A DNA stretch of 62,429 bases, filler included, from Polymyxa betae A26-41 (GCA_003693705.1; 6 parts of 6 records of this genome joined end to end with filler, not necessarily neighbours in it), one strand, 5' to 3'. Positions 12,166-24,713 are shown, counted from the first letter of the whole stretch. Translations and numbers: made by a program. Notes: generated by a model not told the origin, from the letters alone.

Positions 12166-12298
12166 AGAGTAGGAGATAATAAAGCGTATATGAACCTGTT
12201 AAAACAATTTCGTAAGGTATTCTTACGTTATGTTAGCCTAAGTGACACTAAATCGTGATCGTTTCTGCAAAGATACTCTGGCAATGAGTCGGAGCTTC

Positions 12299-12398
12299 NN
12301 NNNNNNNNNNNNNNNNNNNNNNNNNNNNNNNNNNNNNNNNNNTTAATTAATTAANNNNNNNNNNNNNNNNNNNNNNNNNNNNNNNNNNNNNNNNNNNN
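12299..12398. other. artificial contig linker
   Basis: N44-TTAATTAATTAA-N44 (stops in all six frames); identical linkers at 30725-30824, 37531-37630, 51384-51483 and 58776-58875. Confidence 0.99.
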
Positions 12399-14096
12399 AA
12401 AATCGCATTGCGGACTCTGCAACAGATACCAGAACAGAAGGCACCTACAACATATGATTATCCACCTATGATGTTTGGTACCTCTGAGAGCCTCATTGAT
12501 CATGGCTTCAAATAAACAGTGGACACCGCAGCAGCAACTGTTATATCAACAGCAGATGCAATGGCACATGTATTAATAAATGCAACGTCAACAGCAGCAA
12601 AAACATAATTTCAAATTTATGTATCATTTGTGAAACACTTTTATTTTATGAACACGTAAACAACAACAAAGAGTCAACAATGATGTTGGAGGTCGATGCG
12701 AGCACCAGTGATCCTCTCCCAGATCCGTCGCGATCAGCCGAAATAGATGGAGCACTTCCGGAACCCGAGACGCCAACTCCACTGCCAATCTGAACATCAC
12801 TTGCAGCCGACAAGGACCCCGAATTGGAAACGGCAACGTATCCACTTGTCCGAGAGTGAAGCAGAAGCTTCGATCCGGCACTGATAGAAGCTTGGACCTG
12901 GGACGTTTAGTCTATCATTGCGCTCGATGGCTTATCCATTTAATATTTATAATTGATACTCGCTTTATTTACAGGGGACTCAGGGGTTCAAGAATAATAT
13001 TCTTTATTTATTACCTTTTGAAATCCTTGGGCAGGAATTATTCCCCTGATTGAAGAGAATAGATTAAGTTCTTGCATAGTTCCGCTTGTCCCCCCTGAAT
13101 AATTCCAGAAAAAATGATTATCCCTTATAAAATTCGCCACTCTAGTATGTACGAGGTTTGATCAGCGTTTGACCAGGCAATCAAACAGTTTGTTTGCCCG
13201 AACATAGTTCGCCATATTCCCAAATCGTGTGTGGTCCTGATTCTGAGGTCGCAATCTTTAAAATTCAGCGTCATCCCTGCAATTGATCGTGTCGACACAG
13301 AGAACAATAACTTCAACTTCGAGTTGCCCAACGAAGACAGTGAGGATGTAATGGATCTGATTCTTAAGAAGTACTGTAAACGAGCGGCGGTACAGCGCAC
13401 TCCATTCATGGAGAAATTCTTGAGAAGGGCATTTTCAAACTCTTCAATCTGAGAACATAGTAGCATTGAACATAATTATCGCGTTTTGGACAGACCTGTC
13501 CAATATCTGTTTTTGGCATAATTTGATGCGATGCCTGATTGAACTTTCTAGCAGAATGAATCTTTCCAGACGAATCTCAAGTATAGGATCATTGGTCTGA
13601 TAATTCGCGATTATCCGACCAGATTTCATTAAAACTTGTGTGAGAACGCAATCCATTTTATGCATGGCCAAACTCATGAAATGCCGTCCTGATCTAAAAA
13701 CACATACAAATTGTTCGTTAGAAGATTTCGACATCAGCTCAAGACCGCGTTAAATGTCGTGTAGGCAATTCGTTCTGCAGGTCTCGGAATACTGAATAGA
13801 TCAGCGACGTTAGAAATCTTATCTAGCGCAACATTCCTTTAAAAGACATTATTTATCATCTGCAGAAGACGTTCGCTGAAACCATTTCTTTGCGAACAAT
13901 TGAGCGTGTTCTACAGGTGAGTTTGCATCACAACTGCTCGACGGGGACGATTTCTCCGGTATTTCCAACATATTTGTCGAAGTGTCGGCTTATAATCTGT
14001 TTCTTCACCAACCAGATCAAACCGTTTTGTGCCATCATGCTTAGCTGTGAGCTAGTCGAGTGTAGAATATCGATCGTTTTCCGGACCTCGGTTCAG

Positions 14097-14190
14097 GCCC
14101 CGCACTAGGGTTATTGTGCCGCCCACTCTGCCGAAAGGTGCGAACAAATAGTGCAAACCAATCCAATCCAATCCAATCCCAATAAAATCA
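14097..14190 (+). repeat. ~95-bp module ending in (CCAAT)4; inverted partner at 17698-17790
   Basis: Shared GGTTA..GT.CCGCCCAC..TGCCGAA.GG..CGA..TAGT..CAATCCAATCCAATCCAATC, roughly 70% identity by eye. Confidence 0.75.
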
Positions 14191-14985
14191 CTTTCCTTTG
14201 TTTGTATCAATCGCTGGCCAACATACCCTGGTTTAGAAAGTTAACAGCCGAATGGCGCTCAACAATTCACAATGCATCGGAATGCTACAGGACATCGTTC
14301 CATTACTAGCGACCTCGGACTATGAAATATGAATTCGCAAGATCACCTTAGGCCTGAAGGCAATTGGTGCATCAGAGATATTGAAAGGGCCAAACCATGC
14401 GAGATCATTCATTCAACGGCCTACGGCCGTTCTGTGCGAAACCCTAAAACCCTAAGAGTCACCCCATGACAACCATCGTACCGTATTCCGTACTCTGGTA
14501 ACGATGACCTCTATTACTTTCAATAAACATTATAAGGTTCTTCCAATATCGATCTCGCTATTCATGTTGCAATCCTGGATGAATGTATACAAGAGGCAGT
14601 AACAACGCTTTTTCTATGATTACTCCCCGACATGATCTGTGATTATGCTTTTTATCTGAAGCTGTTTGATTGGGAAGATATCTGCTTTTAGCACGCTTCT
14701 ACATTATAGTCCACTCTGGGTGTATGTGTCACTAACGCCGCGATGGTGAGACCCTCTAATCTTTCGACGGGGCCCGAACTCTGGTTCGCGGAATACCTTT
14801 ATCTGTCCCAGACAATTTTTCAGCTTTTGGGTGTTAATAAGCTTCCCATTCCCATTTTGCGAAATAATTTGAGTAGATTTAAGTTTTGAAAGGCTTTTCC
14901 TTTGGGTCATTTACCGTTGATACTCTATGCCCAGATCTTCGTTTGTGAATTCTACTCTGTCAATGAGCTGTGTAATCCGAGTCTG

Positions 14986-16071
14986 TTAGTTTTGTGGTTT
15001 ATTTTGATATATTTGGGCTAGCAAATCAACTGGTTGATCTGGCGCTATTTCATGATATGCTTTCAGATGCCAATCTAATAATTCGCTTTTGCTGTAGTTC
15101 ATCGAAATATGAACTTGACGGAAGCAATCCGCAATTTGATGTTCTAATCCCTGTGGAAGATTCGAAATTTCGTAACGAAAGCAAAACACCCACGCTGCTG
15201 CAGGTTTCGCAGGTGGAAATATCGGATGGAGAAGAAATCTGTATAGCACCTGAAGCAAGGCATGAGATTCGTTCTCTGGGATATTGATTGTCATTCTCGA
15301 TATCATCTCCATATGTGCTATAGCAGTGATAAGTGGATCTGCAACCATCGATCCCACCAGTTGCCGCATATCTGGCTGGGCAATGTTAATAGGACGCATC
15401 TTCACTTTCCGAATGCGATGAACTTCGGCCCACGACATCACCACCCCGAAAATTGTAAGCATAACTGCTGTTTTAATGACCCAGATCGGTGACATAAAAG
15501 AGGCCTACTTAAGAGCATACAGCAGCACTCCGGCTTCTAATAATAGCGTCCAGAATGCGGTCATAAGCAATGCAGTCGACCAGAACATTTTTATCTTCCG
15601 CACAGCTCCAGTCTGTGAAGCTTCATGTTTAAGGACAACACCGCCGATTGCAGCAATAATCGCTATCAGCAGACTAATGGTGGTGATGTGTGCTGTGTCG
15701 ATGTAAGAGCAGACGCTTGGTCTCCCTAATAAAGATCCGCTGATAATCACAGCAGCCGCAGGCTGTAGCACGACGAGGAAAGATGTCCCACCTTGAATAT
15801 CGATCTTAGCTTCTTGTATGTTGTAAGTTAGATTATCGTCATTTGGTTCATCACCGACAGCTATACCAGCAAGAGCCAGCCCGATAAAAAATGCCGCCGG
15901 GAACATGGCCCATGTCAGATAATCATAAATCATAAAGTCATCTGTTGAATCGATAACGGTCTTTTCATGAGCAATGGATGAGTTGCGCTCGGACGGTTCA
16001 AAAGAATGAACCGTGGTACAGATAAGAAGGGCCATTTGGAAAGTCGCCCATACCACACATGAATAACGCAT
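14986..16071 (-). pseudogene. intronless ~361-codon signal peptide + ~5 TM protein split by one in-frame TAG (15505-15507)
   Basis: ORFs 15505-16071 and 14986-15495 are in the same frame: ...YALK-TAG-ASFMSPIW...; the hydrophobic helix pattern continues across the stop. Confidence 0.65.
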
Positions 16072-16379
16072 TATGAAGCAATTCCGGAACGACGTGTCGG
16101 CTTATTCACGTCAACACGATATACTCAGAATAAGAATGTTCAAACTAACAGTTTTTTCAAATCAGCAACGCGTGCCGCAGGGATTCGTCGACTGTATAGA
16201 GATATCTGGACCATGGTCTCGAAATTTTGTCTGTTTATTATTGAAACCCATTGATTTCTTGCTCCCGCTCAGTAAGGTCAGAATACGCGGGATATGGTTT
16301 GGTTTGGTTTCAGTAAGCTGGGAAGTATCCTCAGAAAAAATTTGGGAATATTCCGCATTCGCAAGCAGGAGAATGTAGA

Positions 16380-17564
16380 CCAGCCAGCCTCTTGGCGCTC
16401 AAAAAGTCATTTCGAGAGCTCGGAAGACGACCTGCAGGGGGATGGCAGAAGAGAGAAAGAGCCACGGAATTGACTCGCTGCACATTCGCCGACGTCGTAC
16501 TGGCCCCAGTTCTGGACGAAACACCGGTGCGCTGATATGGCGCCCGGCGCAACCCCGTTGACATCGCGGCAGACGGCCTGGTTCCGTCCGCCGTTGTCAG
16601 GCTGAGTTGGGCTCACCGCCCACCACTAGAGATAGAAAGACCGTGAAGGAGGCCGTAAAGACCAAGACTGCGGTCCGCGGAGCCTCTGATGAACGCCGGG
16701 CCATGGCCCAGCACGCCAAGACCGAAGAATTCGGCAAATGCCTGGAATCGATCACTGACGTGGTCAAAGATATTGTCTCCCGGTGTTGTGTTCGCACTCC
16801 GGATTAGGGCACGATAGTGCCGCCCCACAGCGACCCCGTCGCACGTTCAAGTACCGCCACCCGCCCAGTTTTTTGACTAATTATTTATTATATATTAAAT
16901 AAAGGAGACACGGACAAGTTCCTAAACCCTAACATAAAATTTGAAAGAACTCGTCGATGTCCTCTTTGACGCAATCCCAAATAACGCTTACGACAAAGTC
17001 GACCGAAGAAATAAAACCTTCAAAACTGTGCTTCGACGAATGTGTTCTTGTAGCGGTCGCCTATAAGCTGCTCATAACGGCCGAGGACAGGGCCTTGTTA
17101 ATCCGGCTCCATTGGATCTTTTTGTTTTTCCACGACCTTCACCTGGCACGGCCTCTATTAGACGCCGTCGACGTCATCGGTCCATTCCGCACCGATTGAG
17201 GCTCTTGGTCCGTCCACGACGTCTCACGGCAAGATCGAACACCTGATCTATGCGGCTCTGTACGGAATCGATGATGAGCGGGTCGTCTGGTCACCGATAC
17301 TGACAGTCTTCGGGCCGTACTGGACCCGGTCGGCGTCACCAACTTCAGCGAGATCCCGGTTTTCGTCAAGATCGGGGCCGAGTCGAAGCGGGCGCCGCAG
17401 CGTCCCGCGGCCAACATGATCTAAGCCGACGTCGACGCCTGCCAGGACCACTGCGATTCCGTCGGCTATTTGCCCAAGTTAATTACCGAGCGTTGCAAAC
17501 TGGCCCGGGAACTGTCGTCGGAGCTGCCGGAGATCCCAGACGAGATCGTCAAATTGTATTCGTG
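16380..17564 (+). pseudogene. two GC-rich, intronless, frameshifted ORF remnants of unknown family
   Basis: Frame-hopping translation ...GKIEHLIYAALYGIDDE/VTDTDSLRAVLDPVGVTNFSEIPVFVKIG...ELPEIPDEIVKLYS*; GC content visibly above flanks. Confidence 0.35.
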
Positions 17565-17697
17565 ATTCTTTTTCGTCTGGAGCTAGAATATGTCGATTTT
17601 GGTTTTTTGCAATGTTACTTTTCCCGATTTGTGGCAATATCTGGTGGTTATTTTTTGTTGTGATTTAGTGTCGATGGTAGCCATCCCAACAGTGCCC

Positions 17698-17790
17698 TGA
17701 GTTGTTGCGCGATTGGATTGGATTGGATTGTACTACTAGTTATCGTGCCCTTCGGCAATGTGGGCGGAACTTTAACCTTTATGAGGGGGC
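17698..17790 (-). repeat. second copy of the (CCAAT)n module, opposite orientation
   Basis: Reverse complement aligns with 14097-14190. Confidence 0.75.
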
Positions 17791-18008
17791 TCCTACAAGA
17801 GGTCTATGGCTCTCATTCTTATCATCTTTCAGAGGCCTACACCCTTGAGCTGTTGGAACGCAGTGCGGAGAGTTTGTTTCACTCTCTTTACATTCAACTG
17901 AGTCGTGTGGCTCAGCGTAGCGAACGCAGCGGAGATTGTCATTTCTTGGCAAACCGGTGACGCACAAATTTTACTGACTTTGTACGGCAGTCCGAGAATG
18001 ATGATCTG

Positions 18009-21000
18009 TGTTAATGTAGAAATAAAATGCTTGGTAATTAGAAGTGGGTTAGCTAACTGACTTGTTTTATTGTGTTATTACTATTGTCGATACAGTCACT
18101 ATTGATTCAATTTGTTGACGCACGCCTCTGGCTCAATGATACGAGTACAGGCGGCGGGATCATCATCAGTTGCGTCAACACCCTCCTTGATCTTAGCCGC
18201 CGTAATCAGGTTTCTGGCATGACGGCAGAAGGCGGGCTGCGCCAATGCCTTTGTGAAAATGTCCGCGCAGTTTTCCGCACTGGGGATATATTGCACAGTG
18301 ACGGCACCCTTCTTCACTTCTTCTCGAATGTAGTGGTATTTGACCTCTATGTGCTTGGATCGGCGCGTCGTCGTCTCGCTCTCAGATAGCGCGATGGCGC
18401 TTTGGTTGTCTTCGTGGATAATCGTGGGCCCGGGAAGTGTCAGGACGCCGGCCTCGCTGATGACTCGTCGACAGGATCTCAGCTCCTTGCAGACCTCTGT
18501 CAGGGCGACGTATTCAGCTTCGGTTGATGACAAAGCGACCACCTTCTGCTTTCTTGACGACCAGCATATCGGACCATTCAGGAACACGACGTAACCGGAG
18601 GTGGATTTTCTGTCTTTGGCGTCGTTCGCCCAGTCTGCATCCACGTAAGCCTCAAGAACAGGATCTTGCTCGCTCTTGAATCTTATTCCAAAATTTCTTG
18701 TATTCTGCAGGTAGCGTAGAATTCTCTTCGCCGCGGTGATGTCTTGACTGCTCGGGGAGTGTACATGCCGGGCGCATTTGTTAACCGCGAAAGAAATATC
18801 AGGCCGTGTTGAGACCGCAATATACATCAGGGATCCGATACATTCCCGGTAAGGAAAGTCGCCGAATTGTTTATGATCGTGGACGTTCGTATTCTGATCA
18901 GCTTGAATTGCAGGAGTCGGCGCCGGTCCACAGTTTTTCATTTCGTATTTCTCCAAAACCTTCTCGATCGCCGCTGTCTGAGACAAAGTTATGTTTCCGG
19001 TAATTTCGTCGATGTCCACCTTGATGCCAAGAACCCATTCGATTTTTCTTAGGTCTTTCAGTTCAAATCTCTTTCCCAGGGCATTCTTCAACTTGGTCAT
19101 GTCATCTACCTTGGTCGCTGCGATCGCAATATCATCCACGTAGAGCGCCAACAGCATTAAACTGTCATTGCTTCTCATCTTGAACATGCAGGGCTCTGTT
19201 TCGAGAGGTTTCAGGCCGAACTCGATCGGGAAACTCGAAATTGTTCGCCACCATTCTCTGCCGTCTTGTTTAAGGCCGTAAATTGCTTTCTTCAGTTTGC
19301 AAACGAGTTCCTGGCCGCTTGTGTCCTTAACTTGGTATCCAACGGGTTGCCGCATGTAAGTTTCAGAGCTTAATGTTGAATTTAGGTAAGCAGTCCAGAT
19401 ATCCATGTGGTGGATCACCATCTTCTTCGCGGCTGCAATTCCGAAGAATATTTTCGCAATCCGGTCAAAGAAATTACGGGCACAAAGGTCTCCAGGTAGT
19501 CTTCTCCGTGCTTTTGTGAAAATCCTTGAGCGACTAATCGCGCCTTGTAGCTACTTGGTGTTCCGTCTGCATTTGTCTTGATCTTGTAAATCCATCTGCT
19601 TCCGACCACGTTCTTGCCTTGAGGAGCTGGTACAAGTTCCCATGTCTTGTTCTGCTTCATCGACGCCATTTCCGTGTCCATCGCCGCTCGCCATTCGTCC
19701 GCGTCCTCACTCCGAACTGCTTCGTGGAAAGAGCTTGGCGTCTGGTCCTCCGTCGTCATCATGTACAGGTACTGGTCAGCGAATCGCTGTGGCGTTCGGA
19801 TTTCTCTCCCTATCGCGATCTTGCTTGATTTCCTTGTTTTGCATTATTGTTTCCCACTTCATCTTGTTCATTTTCATTTTCTTCTTCATCTTCAGAAATA
19901 TGATCGTTATCTTGATTGTTGCTGTTCTCGTCATCACTATTTTCGGCATCTTGGTTTTCATTTTCGGTTTCTTCGAATTTTTCTTCATTCGATTCTTGAT
20001 CACTTCGTCGACGACGATTAACTTTCCGCCAGATAATCGATTCTTGTTCATCAGAGCTCTTGTCATCATCTTGCTGCTGCACGTTCTCGTTGAAGTTCTT
20101 CACGTCCCTTGAGACCACGGTCCTTCCGTCCTTCAGCTGCACCATGAATCCGCTTTGATTGGTCGCGAGTCCGAGAAATCTGCATATTTCGGCCTTTCCA
20201 TCCAATTTCCGTCTCTTCTGGTCCGGGATCATCACATACGCCTTGCATCCAAATTCGCGAGCCTTGCTTAAGTTTGGTTTGTGGCCAAAACGGACTTCGT
20301 AAGGAGATTTTTGATTCAATGTTCGAGATGGTGATCGGTTTCTGACGTAGGCTGCATAGGTGATGGCATAAGTCCAGAAGCTTCGCGGAAGACTGTTGTG
20401 GGTGATCATGCTTCGTGCTGCCTCGACGATTGTTCGATTCGCGCGTTCCGAAATGCCGTTGTGTTCCGGAGTATAAACAGTGGAGGTAAAATGTTGAATT
20501 CCTTTGACTTCAAAGAATCTTTCAAAATTTTGGTTAACATATTCGGTTCCATTATCTGAAACAAACTTTCGAATTGGTTGGTCCAAACCAGATTCCGTTT
20601 TCAACTGACTATAAAATTTGCTAAACATTTCAAAACCTTCTGATTTTCTAAACATTGTATATATAGAAATGTGACGCGAAAAATCATCGATAAATGTGAC
20701 AAAATATTTTTCACCATTTAAACCTTCAGTATCAAGAGGACCGCAAACATCCGAATGAATAATTTCTCCAACACGTTTGGAACGAATCGAAACATTACTG
20801 GGAGTATGAAAAGGTAAGTGAGCCATTTTACCGAGTGCACAGCCGTGACATGAAACGTTTGGTGGTTTGCCAGTAGCAACAATGGCGCCAGATTTGTGCA
20901 GCTCCTTAATCGAGCGATCCGATAAGTGTCCGAGACGAAGGTGCCATAACTGGTAAGATGCCGATGGGATGTTGTTCGATATGGCCACATTGCAATGGTC

Positions 21001-22433
21001 GCTGTCTTCTAAAAGTTTAAAAAGGTTGCCTACCCGTACTCCTTTCGCCACGATCCGATTCCTCTTCATCATCATGACGCCGTTCCGGGTGAATCGCACT
21101 TCGTCAATGCCGCTGTCCAGCGATTGCGAGACCGAGATCAGGTTGGCTCGAATTTTCGGTACCACTAGAGCGTCTTTGATCGTCAAATTTCCGCACTTAT
21201 AATCTGCCAGTCCTTCTGCTCGAAGCCGTTGCCCATTCCCGATTGTAATTTCGGAAGAGTCGGAGAATTCGGTGCATCGAACTAATCTTCCTGATGTCTC
21301 CTTCTTGGCCATGTGGGCCGTCGCTCCTGAATCGATGATCCAAGAGTTTCCGAACCCGCTGTGACCTACGTCTCGGTCCGCGATGAAGGCTGCATGGAGA
21401 GCATCTTGAGATCTTGAGTTAGTTCGGCAGTATCTCGCTATATGACCGGTCTTTTGACAGCTGTAACAGATGATGTTTCCTCGTCCAGTTCGCTGATGGC
21501 TTCTGTTTCCGGTGCGCTGAGAGCGCGGGCCATTGTTTGAGACAAATGCAGCATCTGAACCTCTTCTGTTCCTCGATTTACTCTTGTTACTGTCAGCCTG
21601 GAGTGCCATAGCTTCATCATTTATATATTGAACGACTTCGTCCAATGAATTTGCTTCGTCGCCATTCTGGTTTCTAATGTATGACGCCGCGTGGTTAAGT
21701 GTGTCTGGTAGTTTCTCTAGGATCGCGATTATCACATCATCGTCATCCAGTTTTGCGTCCATCTGCTCCAGCTCTCGCGCCTTCATCAGGATTGCATCCA
21801 GAAAAGACACCATGCTTTTAAAGTCATCATATCGGAGATTATGTAGCTCTTGCCGTTTCCTGTACTTCTCCCTTCTGGTCTTTCCTTGGTGATAGGATGC
21901 CAGGCAGTCCCACATTAGCTTCGATGTAGCCTTGGAGATGATCTTGATTTTCATCTCGTCATCAATGCATTTTGCAATCTGGGCCATGGCGATTGCTTCT
22001 CGACGGTTCCAGTCGTCGATGTTCTCTTGAGTGACCGTGCTCCCATGCGCCATCACCGGGACTGTCTCTGTTCCCGCGATGATGTTCCATACGTCGGCAG
22101 CTTGAGCAGCGAGCCGGAATTCCCATGACCACAAAGCGAAGTTCGATTGCCCTAGTTTCGCCACTGTAAATTTCTGAACGTTCGTCAACGTTGCGTTCGA
22201 GCTCATATTTGTCCTGCAGGAATCCTTGTCGCAGACTTTAGCGTAATCTGGGCCGATAACCTGTTAATGTAGAAATAAAATGCTTGGTAATTAGAAGTGG
22301 GTTAACGAACTGACTTGTTTTATTGTGTTATTACTATTGTCGATACAGTCACTATTGATTCAATTTGTTGACGCACGTCTCTAGCTCAATGATACGAGTA
22401 CAGGCGGCGGGATCATCATCAGTTGCGTCAACA
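18009..22433 (-). mobile_element. full-length Ty1/copia LTR retrotransposon with two frameshifts
   Basis: 172-bp TG..CA LTRs at 22262-22433 and 18009-18180 (4 mismatches); 5-bp TSD ATCTG (18004-18008, 22434-22438); PBS 22248-22261; PPT next to 18180. Confidence 0.98.
18099..22206 (-). pseudogene. copia gag-PR-IN-RT-RH polyprotein, frameshifted near 19810 and 19450
   Basis: CYSCQKTGHIARYC knuckle, WIIDSGAT protease, LWHLRLGH..CHGC, HSDVCGP/SDNGTEY/ERANRT integrase, YVDD RT, DADWA/SSTEAEY/EDNQ/ADIFTK RNase H. Confidence 0.95.
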
Positions 22434-22793
22434 ATCTGGCCTCGTGCTCAGGCAGCCAGGCCTCTGCAGCCGTGTTATGTCTGATGTTAACAGTCTTTTC
22501 TATTTTAAGTTGTAATTCTGCACGGGTTAACAAAACCAAAGAGTGCCCCCAGGATTTATTTATCTAAACTATGATGATTATGACTCGACGAGTGCGATAC
22601 TCCGACGACAGTAACTCGGCGGTCCCGTCTCCTTTTATCGAGCACGGTAGATTCTCAAGTGCGCGGCCGCTAGGGTTTTGGGTCGTAGGGTTTATGCATG
22701 GTGTGGCGACACTCCGACCAGCCCAACCTCCTCATCAAGAAAAATTATTAAATACAAGTTATCCCTGATACGCACTCTGTACTGTCTATGTAT

Positions 22794-23016
22794 TATAGTC
22801 TTATAGACACTTGACTTTTAGCGTAAAATATCTTCGTTCCGATCAATTTAAAAAAAAATTGTAACGAATCGCCTGGATGTCCACAATCCAAAAGTTATGA
22901 TTTTTTTTAAACTAGAGCTGAAATCCACGCGGAAATTTCATGTTTTGCTTGACCGATTTTTCGCAATTTTTGGCCACGGAGTCCCCTATCAAAATTCCTG
23001 TGTCTATATGTCTATA
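22794..23016. mobile_element. MITE-like element (Tc1/mariner type)
   Basis: Imperfect 17-bp TIRs TATAGTCTTATAGACAC / GTGTCTATATGTCTATA with TA ends; AT-rich non-coding interior. Confidence 0.55.
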
Positions 23017-23520
23017 TTATACGCTAACTGCGTCGTCGTTAGACACTATGGAAATCAGGGTTATGAAACACAAGGAGATGCAAAGCGAAAAGAAGGCCTG
23101 CGGATTTTAGCGTGCTGACTGCCAATTTTGGCGCAGCCCTCTTCCGGGCAGATTATCCTGAAGCGTACTTGCGTCACGATGGTGATCAGGAGCTACCTAC
23201 TAAGTTGACCTGATGACGATCGCGGACATGAATCAAGTTGCGGGCTAACCTTCGCGTAGCTGGACTTTGGATTAAAATCATAATAGAATCGGTTATAATT
23301 ACCCGATATCTTTAGCGTTATAAACTTCTGCTTCGTTTAGAACGCGGTACTGTGTGCACTAGCCCTGGCCAAGTTGGCTACAAGCGAATACCTCAACTGT
23401 ATATAATCGAGAGACTTTCAAAGAGACAATTGTTCGGTACCTAATCCTCGATTTTCCTGTGTGTGATTGATCAATAAAGCGCCTTTTATGAAATATTCGC
23501 GCAGGCTGCACCCCCAATAC

Positions 23521-24713
23521 GCGTCTAGCTAAAATTCGCAGTGCGCCGAGCAGAGGTGGGCTGCGCCCCCCATACAAAAATGTGCGTTCTCTATTTCCCC
23601 TCTGTTTCTGGTCGTTCCACGCAAAAATCTTGTATTTCAGCGTTCCGCTCGGCTCCCACCATCGTTTGTCAAATACGGAGTACTTTTCAATTAGACTTTA
23701 TATCAGAGAAGTCGAATGAGATATGTCTATTCGGCTGTGGCAGCTTTTGAATGTACGATAGTTGATACGTCTGTACTTCCCGTTCGTCGATTGTACTTCC
23801 TTGATCGTCTTGTTCATTGTCTGACGGAGAACTGTCGAGTCCTGGACGAACTCCGTCCGTAGTGGATTCTAGATCCGATACATCAAGATCATTCCACTCG
23901 TACGAGACACTGCGAATCAGGAAAGAGTAGATTTCCGTAGATACAGGATTTAATCAATTCGAGTAATTCGCATTCACAAAACGGACTTGATTCGTCTTTG
24001 TAAATTGGCGCTATGTCCAGCTCGAGAGAGAATCCTTTTGATTCCTCAAATTTCCTAAATCAAATGAACATTTGAGCAAATTAGTATATACCCTGAGGAT
24101 ATATCCAGTAAACCTTCGACATTAAAGTCCGGATAAATTTGGGCATACAACGATTTCATATACCATTCTGGTATATATTTTTCAATAAGTTATAACAAGC
24201 TTCCGCATGGGCAATCGCGTCCAAAATTGTAGGATCCCGATAACAGACTGCCCATTTACGATCTCTTTTCTGTTAGATAAAATTTTACGTTTATTCAGCT
24301 ATTCCGGATCTATCCAGGTTCTCGCTACTCGGCATTGCTGTCAAAGCCATCCACTGCGCGTGCTGACGCCGAGGCCAGCTCTCGCCATCTCGTTTGTGTC
24401 TGAATATATGGAAGCGTCAGTTCGCGTTCATTCTTGTTCTTGTGACATCAATTCCAGAGGCGATCTTTTCGGCATTTTCTCATAAATTTTTGACAATAAC
24501 GGTTCATGTTCTGTGTAGTTCGCGATAAATGACACCATCGACGACTCTAAGATGTCCTCAGCGGGTTCCGTTAGAAATGCGATTCGGCGCGTTGGAAATC
24601 TTATTGAAAACGAAAGAGAGAGAACAAAAATTTTGAGAAATAGGGAGCGCAGTTTCTTGTTAGCGGGGCGCAGCCCACCTCTGCTCGGCGCACTGCGAAT
24701 TTTAGCTAGACGC
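23521..24713. mobile_element. non-autonomous Mutator-like TIR element
   Basis: Perfect 49-bp TIRs (23521-23569, 24665-24713) and exact 10-bp TSD CCCCCAATAC (23511-23520, 24714-24723); 9-11 bp TSDs are typical of MULEs. Confidence 0.88.

Noticed and set aside
12399-14090. Short ORFs on both strands (also 38179-38574 and 59167-59819)
   Set aside because: Possibly decayed coding DNA, but no recognisable motif or consistent strand and frame, so not annotated.
15505-15507. Genome-wide TAG reassignment
   Set aside because: GSTZ1 ends at TAG at the expected position, and the apparent TAG in the copia ORF is explained by a frameshift.
19642-20112. Hydrophobic antisense ORF in copia as an env-like gene
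   Set aside because: It is the reverse complement of the acidic GAA/GAT-rich integrase-RT linker.
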